A DNA stretch of 64,000 bases from Octopus vulgaris. Its lineage: Eukaryota. The stretch spans positions 181,350,001 to 181,414,000 of the forward strand of contig OX597814.1 in assembly GCA_951406725.2 (NCBI GenBank). Direction: 5' to 3'. The translations under genes were made by a program, and so were the position numbers. A model generated the notes under the pieces. The model saw only the letters and a program-made list of their open reading frames with translations, had not been told where the DNA came from and did not search any database. Shown in pieces: positions 24,376 to 36,360 of this stretch (positions are counted from its first letter, which is position 1; each line of letters opens with the position of its first letter).

Positions 24376-26753
24376 GTTCGTCAAATCACTTATCTTTTCT
24401 AATCACTTTGCCCCCTCCAAAGAAACCTTTTTTTGATAAATGGTCATTTGACTCACTGTTGTAAATCTTTAAAGTATAACAAAATTTAGAGATACTATAG
24501 CAGTTCATGACCTTATTTTTATATATTTCATATCACGATAGTTTTGCACAGACAAACCTGCATGCACTTTTTACATCAGTAAATTCGTTCTTAATTATCT
24601 ATTTTCTCACAGTATTAGGAATATGTTATGTTATGTAAAATGAAAATGCATTCTTTCTAGTTCATAAAAAGATAAAATTGATACAAAACAAAAAATATAA
24701 ATGCATTCTCAAATTCATTTTAAAATCTGTAAATAAAATGTAAAGAGGTAATTTTAACTTTATTATTATCTGAACTCAGTTTTTATTCTATCCTTTTAAT
24801 TATATTTTGTAAAGCTTTATTGTAAACATAAGAACATACATGCTTTCAATTTTAACATTGAAGTAACTACTCAGCTTTTTTTTAATTTTATATTGAAAAT
24901 ATTTTTAATTAAATGATGATCACAATTATAATTTTTATTGCTAGCTTTCTTCAATTTCTTGCTATGATTTTCTTTTACAAAACTGCTTTATACTTTGAAG
25001 CTAAAGTGACCAATTTCCCTTCTGTTTCTTTTACTATTTCTGCAATAGAACCTGCTCTTGAGGACATGCTAGTTACACTGAATCTCCACATAAACATATC
25101 TCTTACACCTACCTGTCTGCTGCTTGCTACACAGTGTACACCCTTCTTTATTATATCAAACTATATATTTATCATATCGAACTATATATTGAGCCATTCT
25201 AAGAGTCACTGCTCTGTAGAACTGTTCTCTTTTTCTCGTAACCATGCAAAACACCCTTTGAAATTCTATATTAAATGTAGCATAGACTGCAATGATCTTG
25301 GATTAGAATCAAATGTATTAGTGAAGTTAACGTGAAACTTTAAAGGCTGGGGTTTAATATGTTTTAGTAACAGGTGGGAGGGAAGATGGTTTTATAGTGC
25401 TTCAATATTCGCTGTGAAGCGCTGCAGAAAAAGTTTAATGAAGTGCTTAGATAAAGAACAGAATGTAGCAAAAATTTGAATTATTATTGGAATGATATTA
25501 CATGGACACTAGACTTTTCAGTAATTAATGACACCGTAAAAAATTCCTGAAGGAAGCCTTTTGTTTGAAATGCATATAGTTAAATGCAAACTGCCATACT
25601 GAAGATGACGAGTTTAAACAAATTTGTAGTAATTATAACCATCAAGGGAAAGTCAGTGCTAATGAAAATTATTGTCAAATAATACAAGGGACAGAACTCT
25701 CGAAATTTCAATTGACCAGAAGTTAATGAGATATGCAGTGGCAAGTGAGTCTAATCTTTGGTAGCTAGGGTGGTGTGTTTCAGTTTTATTAGAGCTCTTT
25801 AGCAAAGCATAGTTTTCTCGCAGCTGCCAAGTACTCAGAAAGACTAATAGATATGGTTTGTTTCTTTGTTTTTTGCTAGGGCTTTGTTTTTGTGCATTTG
25901 TGTGTGTGTTTGTAGTAGATGACTGGTTTAGATGGAAACTAGTTTTGATCTTTCTGGGATTAATTCAACTTTTGATCTTTAATGAAATAAATAATAGTGA
26001 AATACTAGAATTGAATCAGTTGGTTGTAACTTTGCCCCATATAAATGTTTCCTTGAGCTTAGTTAAAAGATTAGAATAATTATTATTATTATTGGTGTTG
26101 TGTGTTCAGTGTATTGGTGTCAAGAATTCACATTTCCAATCAACTTTGTCATTCACTTTTATAGAATAGATAAATTAGTACCAGACACTAATGTAAGCAT
26201 TCAATCAATTACAATCCCTCACAAGTTTAACTGTGTACATAATGAAATAATAGTAATTATTATTATTATTTTTGAAGAATAATAGTGGTAAAAATTTAAG
26301 TTCAGAATTTCTGGTCTTATTTTTAAGCAATAATACTTATTCCATAAAAAAGAACATGCAAATATACAAAAAATATAAAAATGTATTATTGTTCAGGTAT
26401 ATATTATTGTTAATAGGTTTATATTGTTTTTAAATCATTAGAATTATTTTAGATTTAGGTTTACCATGATCCTATAACTATTCACTGATTTGATTTTAAA
26501 TTATTTGTCAATATTATCCAAATCTATCTTGTTTACATTTCTATGAAAGCCCTATTTAACTTTTATCAACATATACAAATTTTCTTCTGTTGTTCATAAA
26601 CATATGAAATATTTTCAGTCACTTCGTTTATTAATGTAATTTTTTATGTAGTTTATCACACATTTTTTTCTATTTGGCATATTTCGAAATATATTTAATT
26701 ATGTATACATGTTTAATGTATGCTTGAGTATGAGAGTGGATGTGCATAATTGT

Positions 26754-26900
26754 AGGCATGGCTGTGTAGTTAAGAAGTTACTTTACAACCATATGATTTG
26801 GGGTTCAGTCCAACTGTATGACATTTCAAGTATGTCTTCTATAGTAGTACCTTGTGAGTGAAATTTGGTTGACTGAAGCTGTATAGAAGTGTGTATATGT
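26754..26900 (+). mobile_element. Truncated SINE family A
   Basis: aggcatggctgtgtagttaagaag...gggttcagtccaactg...ccttgtgagtgaaatttgg matches family A. Confidence 0.7.
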
Positions 26901-28127
26901 GTTAATTTACTTGACAATTCTCCCAGTTCTAAACCAAAAATATGGAGTTTGGTCCAAACTTCATTCCTCAGACACAAGTCTCCTATCACATCTTCCTCCT
27001 GAAATGCAAATCTCTCATCATCTACCACTAATCTAACTGGTGTCCAAGCTATATCTTGTATCTTAATTTTTCTCTGGTCAGTGGTTTTTACAATTATGTA
27101 AAATTCTGTATCACCACCACACATCTTTTTACATTGAATCTCTGTAACAACATTTCCAAAGTCTTATTCCTCTAAGTTAGACACATTCTAGCACTCTCCA
27201 AGCCCCTCCAGAAACTATCATTTATTTAACTCCCTCACTTACCCTATTGATGATATCTATCTCACCTTACTCCTCTTAATCATCATCCTATGTCACTTCA
27301 ATGTACACAATTCCCTCTAGCTTTGCACTCCTCATTTAGTGATGCAACTAACACAGAGACCAGATCATTTCACATTCTGACCTGTCTGCACTTGCTGTAT
27401 TCATGTATACCTATATCCATGATAAACACTTTGACATATCTGATAACTTGATGTCTTTGTTGTCTTGGTCATCACCATTTCTGCATCTATCAGATTATTT
27501 GATCACTACCTAACCAACTTGTAGGTTTGGTTAAGAAGCTACCTTCACTATCACATTGTTCTGGATTCAATCCCACTGTGTGGAAGACTGTTTGTGTGTT
27601 TAAATATTTGTATGTATACATATATATAGTTATTTGTGGGTATCTTGATGATATCTGTGAAGCATATAAACTATGAGAACACTATAAAAAAAAGGTACTC
27701 TTTGAACAAAGTCTCTTAGGATATTTGTTGTGTACCAAGCTAGAGACACTTTCTTGCCTTCAAAATTTCAATGAATCGAGGCCCATTTGAAACCTGTAAA
27801 CCAATGATGCTATTGTTCCAATTAATGCTATTAGAAAAGTAAATTGAGACAAAACACCTCATACATTCCTTGTTCATAACAGTTGCACAGACCCAGTCAT
27901 TATAACCACTCTGGTATTTCAAGTTAGCTAATTAGTTGGAGCAGATAAACCAGATGGTTTATCTGTTGCATTAGAGGCAAAAAACATTGCCTATAAAACC
28001 AGGTGGAAATCACACTCACCACCACTATCAGAGAGGCTGTTATTTACATCTGCAATGTCTGCAGAAAAGCAAAGTATTTTTTCATGCAACACAACACAGT
28101 CTGTAAATTCTCTCTCTCTCTCTCAAG

Positions 28128-28315
28128 AGTATCATGAAATGTCTAGGTGGAGGCCCAAACTTCCGAGTTCTTTTACGGGGCTTAGAAAAACTGAAGGGCT
28201 ACTGCAATAAGTGTGTGAATCTGAGTGGGGGAGTATGTTGAATAAAATCATAATTGACTTGTCTTCCTGTATTTTCTTTTACCTAAAGCCAGGAATTTTT
28301 CAACACCCCTTCATA
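28128..28315 (+). mobile_element. Tc1/mariner 3' remnant (transposase C-terminus and right TIR)
   Basis: Reads GLEKLKGYCNKCVNL..G.YVE* (mariner W.KC...G.Y.E end), followed by aagccaggaatttttcaacaccccttcaTA. Confidence 0.75.
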
Positions 28316-28319
28316 TATA

Positions 28320-28486
28320 TCATCATCATCATCATCATCATCGTTTAACGTCCGCTTTCCATGCTAGCACGGGTTGGACGGTTCGACTGGGGTCTGGGAA
28401 GCCAGGAGGCTGCACCAGGATCAGTCTGATCTGGCAGTGTTTCTACAGCTGGATGCCCTTCCTAACGCCAACCACTCCGTGAGTGT
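28320..28486 (-). mobile_element. 5'-truncated RTE-tailed non-autonomous element
   Basis: (cat)n-cgtttaacgtccgctttccatgctagc...aacgccaaccactccgtgagtg, the same family as 11118-11440. Confidence 0.85.
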
Positions 28487-28684
28487 ATATATGTATTTAA
28501 TATTTTCTAAAAGGTGCAGGAGTGGCTGTGTGGTAAGTAGCTTGCTTACCAACCACATGGTTTCAGGTTCAGTCCCACTGAGTGACACCTTGGGCAAGTG
28601 TCTTCTACTATAGCCTTGGGCCGACCAAAGCCTTGCGAGTGGATTTGGTAGACAGAAACTGAAAGAAACCCGTCGTATATATGT

Positions 28685-29048
28685 ATCATCATCATCATCA
28701 TCGTTTAGCGTCCGTTTTCCATGCTAGCATGGGTTGGACGGTTCTACTGGGGTCTGTGAAGCCAGAAGGCTTCATCAGGCCCAGTCAAATCTGGCAGTGT
28801 TTCTATGGCTGGATGCCCTTCCTAACGCCAACCACTCCGTGAGTGTAGTGGGTGCTTTTTATGTGCCACCCGCACAGGTGCCAGACAGAGCTGGCAAACG
28901 GCCACGAACGGATGGTGCTTTTTACGTGCCACCGGCACGAGGCCATTCGGGGCGGCGCTGGCAACAGTCGCGAAACGGAAGGTTCTCTTACATGCCACCG
29001 GCACTGGTAACACATCTGCAATTTCCATTGATCGATTTCGATTCTGAT
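28685..29048 (-). mobile_element. RTE-tailed non-autonomous element with three tandem internal units, nested in SINE A
   Basis: (cat)n tail, aacgccaaccactccgtgagtgtagtgggtgc, and three tgccacc.gcac units. Confidence 0.85.
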
Positions 29049-29054
29049 CCTCCT

Positions 29055-29201
29055 CATCATCGTCGTTTAACGTCCGTTCTCCATGCTAGCATGGGTTGGA
29101 CGGTTCGACCGGGGTTCTGGGAAGCCAGAAGGCTGCACCAGGCTCCAGTCTAATCTGGCAATGTTTCTACAGCTGGATGCCCTTCCTAACGCCAACCACT
29201 C
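29055..29201 (-). mobile_element. 5'-truncated RTE-tailed non-autonomous element, nested in SINE A
   Basis: 29064-29201 appears identical to 11135-11272. Confidence 0.88.
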
Positions 29202-30192
29202 ACTTGCATATATATATATATATGTTTGTGTGTCTGTGTTTGTCTCCCAACATCACTTGACAATCGATGCTGGTGTGTTTATGTCCCCGTAACTTAGGCT
29301 TACAAAGAATAAGTCCTGGGTTCAATTTGCTCGATTAAAGGCAGTGCTCCAGCATGGCTGCAGTCAAATGACTGAAACGAGTAAAAGTAAAACTACATAA
29401 AGACTAGGCTTCCTACTTAAGGCTAGACAATATTTCAACCATTGTCACTTGCTGACCCTCTATAAAAGCTCAAGTAAGACTCACACTGGGGTATTGGTCA
29501 CCTGTCTCAGAACAGTACTGCTGCTACTACTCACACAAACATCCAAGATGCTTCTTAAGAGATGAGTAAATACTCACTCACCATAACACTACAATCTACT
29601 CGTGCATGTACTATTTCCACTCTTTACCTCTTCAGCCACTACTTCAACAGACTTTCACCATCTATTGCTAACCATAATTCCTCCTTAGATGATTCATCTT
29701 TATTGTTATTTCATCATGCTGCTCAAACTTTTTTTGTATCCCATCTTCTTACCAAGAGCCACTGTTATCACTGTCACTCTTCCATTACTCTCCCTCTCTA
29801 CTATCCTATCACTCCTTCCTCTTCATCACACTCATACTTTCTCCACTTTCGCCATCTTGATCATTGCTTTCATGTATCTCAGATACATTTGGCATGAAAA
29901 AATGGAGATGATATGAAGAAAGTGAGGGCACTTTTGTCTTATAGAATGCTACTACTCCACTGTTGGTGTCATGATAAAAATGTAAGACACTCTGTAAAGT
30001 GGTTGATGTCAGAAATAGCATTCAGCTATAGAAACTATGCTAAAATGGCACATATGAGCAAGACATGGCCCACTGATCCATCTAGAAGAGTATATCCAAA
30101 TAAGTGACTTTAATGACCTCTCCAGCCCATGAGAGTATGAGTAATGGATGTAAAATGATGATGAAAATGATGTATGTATGTATGGTATTGTT

Positions 30193-30233
<41 letters not shown>

Positions 30234-31076
30234 ATTTATGCATACATATCTGTGTGCAAGTGTATGTGTGTGTATAAATCTGCATCTATGTGTGTGTTTG
30301 TATACACATTAATGTTATCACACACATCAGGCCAGTGATTAGATATTTTTGGCAGCTGACTTGGCCATAGTCTGATGTACACATCTACTGTATCCCGTAC
30401 CCATGATTACAAATAACTTTCTTATTGAATGTTGAAGATTTTTTTTTACACAGTTAAATATCAGGATTTAAATTTCCTACCTGAAAAACTTTGCTACATG
30501 CAACCCAATAATATGCTTAGAATTTTTGAAAATGCATATCCAGAAACAGAAATATACATTCAAAAAAATATGTTATTTTTAACAATGACAGTAAAATAAA
30601 GTCAACAGTCAAGAGCCATGTGCATTCATGAAGATATGTGTAACATTAAGCTGTGCTGTCACAACCAAACTTGGTTTGTGATACAATAACAGTACATATA
30701 AAGCAATTCAATGTTATGACATGTACAGCATGAATGTAGATATGACCATTTGGTTAAGGAGTTTGCTTCACAATCTTGTATTTCCCTGTTTGATCCCTTT
30801 ATATGGCACTTTCAGTAAGTATATTAAAGTGTTATGAGTGAAATTTGGGTACTGGTAACTGTGCAGAAGCTCACCAGATACTTCAGTAAATGGATGACAG
30901 AATCAGTAGGACCTTAGACTAGATATGTTGTGTTAATTGATTCTGTATCAGTTACATCTCTTTGTGGGGACTAGATGAAAGAAAGAAGAGGTGTTAATCA
31001 AACTGGATCAACATACCAGTTATACAACCTCAACCTTTCCTAACAAAAATTACTAGTAGAGCATTATTTTAGTTTT

Positions 31077-31139
31077 GAATCACAATCTGTATTGACTAGT
31101 TCTACTTGAATCACAATCTGATTTGACTAGTTCTACTTA
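31077..31139. repeat. 31-nt tandem duplication
   Basis: tgaatcacaatctg(ta/at)ttgactagttctact occurs twice. Confidence 0.85.
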
Positions 31140-31224
31140 TTCAAAAATATTTCAGATTTGAAAATTGTTGATTCTATTTTAAAGATATTTAGAAGTTTAC
31201 TAAAAGAGATCTGTCTAATATTTT

Positions 31225-31487
31225 GAGCAGGCGTAGCTGTGTGGTAAGAAGTTTGCTTCAGCCCTCATTGTGTGGCACTTTGGGCAAGTGTCTTCTACTA
31301 TAGCCTCGGGCCTACAAAAGCCTTGTGAGTGAATTTGGTAGATGGAAACTGAAAGAAGCCCATCATATATATATAGGTGTATGTATTTGTGTCCCCCTGC
31401 CACCACTTGACAACCAGTGCTGGTGTGTTTACTTCCCTGTAATTTAATGGTTCAGCAAAAGAGGCTGATAGTATCAGGCTTTTAAAA
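31225..31487 (+). mobile_element. SINE family A, internally deleted and 3' truncated
   Basis: gctgtgtggtaagaagtttgc...ggcactttgggcaagtgtcttctactatagcctcgggcc matches family A. Confidence 0.85.
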
Positions 31488-34400
31488 ATGCCTATATCAG
31501 ACATTGTTTTGTTCCAAATTGTATAATATGTAGACGTAAAATACACAGCAACCTTTTAAACTGTACCTGTTATTAGCTGATAGACCAAACTTGTTGCCCA
31601 ATTTATCACCACCACCTGGTTCATGTGTGCCTTTAGTAATGCCAACTGTTACAAACTCTTGGATCAGGTCTCTCTCAGAGGATTGATAAATCAGTGTCTT
31701 GATTCACTGGCTCACACAGTAGCAATATACAAGAACCTCCCTTGTACAAGTCTTGGATGTTCTGCTAAAAGTCATGGACACTGTCCCTTCTTGTAGGCCA
31801 TAAAATATCTAAATTAGTCCTAATTAAGCTGACCTTGTGATAAGGCATTGTAGCTGTAACCATCTAGTATTTTTTTCTTTTTCAGACCTAGTGTATCCTT
31901 CTCCCCCCCCCCCACTTTTTTTTTTTTTTTTTTCTAAGAGAAGAGTTTGTTTTGAGGGAGACCTAGATGCTATCCCTATATTAGCTCATTACAGCTTGAA
32001 TATATGGTATTATTTTCCCTCAACTCTATTCCTCAATTCTAAAGGTTCTTTTTTTTTTTCGTGATAGATTCAATTCAGACCCATTTGATTGTATCATACA
32101 TTTATTGGTATTGATTGTAGACATGTAGACACTTTTGAATCCTTATAATTTCATTTCTCAAAGAATATTGAAATTTAAAAGTGTAACATAACTGTTGATA
32201 GTCTCATTCTGACTACTAATGTTTTGTCAGTGTCCCACTATGTAATGTGGATTAATGATGGATCAGCTATTTTTAACTTAGTAATGTTTATTACAGCAAT
32301 TGTACTTGCAAATTACACATTAGTCTTTATCAAATTATAAATGAAAGAAACATATCAAAGGTGAAAAGTGAGCAGACTATGTAAATTGGTTGATTGTTTC
32401 AAATCAGGGATTTACCTTGAACTAACTAACTAACACTGTTCTAGCTATGTTTAAAGATCTTGTATTATGTGGTATTGAAACTAAATATTAGGTTCACAAA
32501 ATCATTATTTTATCTTCTCCACTTATGACTAATTATTATAATCCCTTAATGTAACTTTTCTACATGAGATAATTTTTTAATTCTGAAAATCTAGTTGTGA
32601 ATATTATCATAAATTACAGGATGTAACTTATTTGGATTTTGTTTTTTCTGTAATTAATGTAGTAGAGATGGTGCTGTAAGTAGACAGTTGGAGTAGCTGC
32701 TTTAAAATATCTAATCTGATATTTCATAATTGAAAATCCTGCCTGAATCATTAAATACCAGTAATACATTGAGAAGAAATTAATTCCACTATATTATCTT
32801 TCAAAAAAAATTAACCTATTGCCCCCTGAAAAATGTTAGCATGCAGTTAACTTATACCCTTGTCCTTGCTAAAAAATGGAACTGAAGATTTGTGGAAGGC
32901 ACTATGATGCAACATTTAAGATCTTCATTGACTGAATCCATGTTTTGATTCCAATTCTTTTTTAGAGCCACTTTCTAATGCTTTGAAGAAAGACATCAAA
33001 TATCACCATTCAAATATTGGATTGATTTAATTGATTACATTTGTCTCTCAAAACTTTGTAAGAATTCTTCATTATTGTTGTTGTGAACTGAATCTCTGAC
33101 CTTATTTTAATTCCTGGTCAGTTGGAATTCCTCCACTTCACAAACATCTACATTGACTCTCTTTCTAAGATGTAATAACCTGTGTAAAAGACAAAAAAAC
33201 CCCTCTTCTTTATTACTCAGTTATTAGATCTTTATATTAAGAGACCAGTTTTAGTGAAGTGTTTTCTGCATATTGGAAAACATTGTGTCTAGCTCTTTCC
33301 CACTCCAAAAAATAAGGATAGATGTAACTAGACATCGGTCTTGAACATGATGGATTGAATTATTTTATAAATATTATTATTTTTAGAAATCAATTTTTCA
33401 ATATTTGATTGTTTTGGTTTTTTTTTCTTTTCTTTTTCTTTTTGTTTGTTTTTGGCAGTTTTGAATATATTAATTTTTTTTTCCTAAATTATAATTTTAT
33501 TAAATGGCAACATACCTACCTAACAAGCAAGAAGAGGAAGAAAAAGCTTGTGCTTAGAATTGAATCATGAATTTCAATTTTTATCTTTATGCACAATTTT
33601 ACTTTGTTTATTTTGTTATTTATTTAATATATACATGAATCTAATAGCACTATTTCATTGATAAATTATTTGCACCATATGTAGTTTTATATAAACTCTT
33701 CACTGGTTTAGCAAAAGTAGTTTAGGATTAAATAATTTATTATTATACTTACACATTTTATCTATTTAGTTACTCTATCTGCATTTTATGCTACTCATTT
33801 CAATTGGGTATGGTGATTATCTCAGATTGGTTTACATTTTGTGAGTGTTTTTCATTGGACATTACTTGGCATTCTGAGCAAAACTGCAATCTAGTGGGTA
33901 CTGTTTCCTCATAGGGCCTTGCTATTTGTCAGCTTTCTCCTGGAACATTACATATGCGTGTATGAAGTTTAAAAAATAAAAGAATAATTGTTTATCACTA
34001 AAGTGGTTTGTGAATCTACTGTTCTCAGGACATGAGAATTTACACATTGTAAATTCTTTTACTTCCTCCATTTTTCAGACAAGTGTTCTCTGTAAGAAAC
34101 ACAATTAGCTTATTGAATCCATGCAACATTTAGATATCCTGTTTCAGTATAGTTCTAAACACACACACACCTACATACATACATAGAAATATTGGGACCA
34201 TTTTATTAGTTCAGGAAACTCTTACAATTATTAATTTAACTGTAGTTGAAGTTATTTCTGTCAACATTTTCTAAAATTTCAATTAATCCATGTCAATTTT
34301 GTTGCAACATTTAAAGTTTATTTTTTATACTATTATTTTGAAATATATTGTTAAAGAATTAGAATTTTCTTTCTTCTGAATTCTGTAATTCAAATTTCCA

Positions 34401-34728
34401 AATAAAGATTTCTCCTGGAATATTATCACACATTACAGTACTTGTGAAATAATTAAAGTACAAAACCATCTTATTAAGAATATACGTTTATATTTACAGT
34501 TTGATTACTTGATACTAATAATATTTCTGTTTAGAGTTAGACAGTTAATTATGATTACTTTTAGCTATTTTTTAGGGCATGCGGGTTTTTCTTTTCTTTT
34601 TAACTGAAAGAAAAAATAATGATAATTTAGGCTATAAAATATTTCTCATTTTCAATTCTTTTACTACTGTCTTTTTTCTGCTCTTTTTTTTCTTATTATC
34701 ATTGAGAGTGTATGTTTCATTGTTATAG

Positions 34729-34914
34729 CCCCAAAAGGTCATCACTACCTGATATCCCATTGACTCCCAGGGAGCAGGAGATCCTGGACTTAACCAGCAG
34801 ACAGCTCAACGATGGCCCCCTATCCCATTCCTCTGACAGCATTTTAGATGATCCTGATGATTCCCCACCTCCCAAACCTCCTCTCCCCCCAGGCATGGAT
34901 ACTCAAATACCCAG
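34729..34914 (+). CDS. RAPGEF1: RAPGEF1/C3G-like exon D (first proline-rich motif), phase 2-2
   Basis: Acceptor tgttatag and donor AG|gtaatg. SLPDIPLTPREQEILD...SPPPKPPLP matches C3G LPLTDREVEILN...APPKPPLP. Confidence 0.93.
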
Positions 34915-34927
34915 GTAATGGCTATTG

Positions 34928-35045
34928 TTGCTACTACTCCTAATACTACTACTACTACTACCACCACACTACTACTACCACCACCATTACTACTACCACC
35001 ACTACTATTGCTACTGTCACCAAACTATTTAACCATTACTGATAC
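34928..35045. repeat. (CTA)n/(CCA)n imperfect trinucleotide repeat
   Basis: Read directly; lies immediately 3' of exon D. Confidence 0.9.
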
Positions 35046-36009
35046 TATTAATACCTCTACATCTATATAACTGTCTCATCTTCCCAATATTGTACAAGAA
35101 AATTAAAAATAAAATATCTCCAGGTATCACTGAGACTGCTAACCACTGTATATCTGTATAATGATTAGGGAAAGTTCACTCTTACTGATATAAGCTTTAT
35201 CAAGAAGATGTGATTGGGCAGTTTAAAAGACACAATTTTTTAAAATATTTTCTATTGCTTGCTTACTTATACAGGAGAAAGTGATAAACCTATTGCCACA
35301 TTAAAGAGGTTACTAATTTACAACTTGATGAATTTGCACTGTTTTTTATAGTTCTTTAGATTTAATAAGTTCCCCTAGCTAATGTTTATACTTCCTATTT
35401 TCAGTGCCTCTTTGAAATTCTTATTATTGATATATTTTATTATGTATATGTAGGGACTAGGGACAGGCAATGTTGTTGGTAGAGCAGAGTTGCATAGAGT
35501 ACTCTTTATGGGTAGATAAGTAGTTATATCATGGTGGTCAGCTTTGCACTTCATTATGCTAGTATCATTAAGATAAAAGCCATTTTAGTCAATTGGATGT
35601 ACTTCCATCCTAACAAACCATTGGTTATGTAAGAAATAAGGAAATAAAGTATGCATCCAAATATCCTTCTTTCCCAAGCTTGAGATCCTTTTTAGATGTT
35701 TTATCTTTCATATGTCTTTTTATTAGTTAGTATGAGGAATTGGCAGAAGAGGAGCACTCTCAATAGTGAGAGATAATATAGCAGCAGAGTAAGTTTAATA
35801 CAGTTGATATTCAGTTGGAATTGTAACTTATGGTTTGAGAAGAAAATATAGACTGGAACAGAATTTCAATGGGATACAAATCCAAAGAGAAATAGGAAAA
35901 AGTGTTTCATACTTGATGGGAATTAAAATTAATACCAGTTGTATTAAGTAGCAAAGCATAACTTGTAAAATATTATGGAGGGGAGGGGAACCTACATTCT
36001 CCAAATATA

Positions 36010-36360
36010 GGCACAGGTGTGGCTGTGTGGTAAGAAGCTTGCTTCCCAACCTCATGGTTCCGAGTTCAGTCCCACTGCATGGCACTTTGGACAGGTGTCT
36101 TCTGCTATTGCCTCAAGCCAACCAAAGCCTTGTAAATAGATTTGGTAGATGGAAATTAAAAGAACTATGTTGTGTATGTGTGTGTGTATTTGTGTCTGTT
36201 TGTCCCCCACCACCTCTTGATATGTTGGTATGTTTACATCCCCCATAACTTAGCAGGCTTTAAAAAAAGATAAGTACTGGAGTCAATTTATTTGACTAAA
36301 AATTCTTCAAGGCAGTGCCAAAGCATGGACACAGCCTAATGACTGAAACAAATAAAAGAT
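36010..36360 (+). mobile_element. SINE family A, near full length
   Basis: Runs from ggcacaggtgtggctgtgtggtaagaagcttgc to taatgactgaaacaaataaaagat. Confidence 0.88.

Larger units (their letters stand above)
28513..29391 (+). mobile_element. SINE family A split by two nested insertions (head 28513-28684, tail ~29208-29391)
   Basis: Head and tail align collinearly with the intact copy at 18971-19351; the break falls in its internal (TA)n tract. Confidence 0.85.

Noticed and set aside
24913-25335. 140-aa hydrophobic ORF and the many other 60-110-aa ORFs in introns
   Set aside because: Their F/I/L/Y-rich composition is typical of AT-rich non-coding DNA or microsatellites, with no splice-phase fit or recognisable domains.
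25330-25750. Repeat-free, slightly GC-richer block ending in a strong donor-like CAA|GTGAGT: possible alternative first exon
   Set aside because: The nearby ATG frames end in phase 0 or 1, while exon D needs phase 2, and there is no promoter evidence. It could be a non-coding exon but cannot be supported from sequence alone.
28851-29004. Regularly spaced ~25-nt repeats with variable spacers resembling a CRISPR array
   Set aside because: The context is a eukaryotic intron, the spacers are homologous to each other, there are only three units inside a retroelement, and no cas genes are present.
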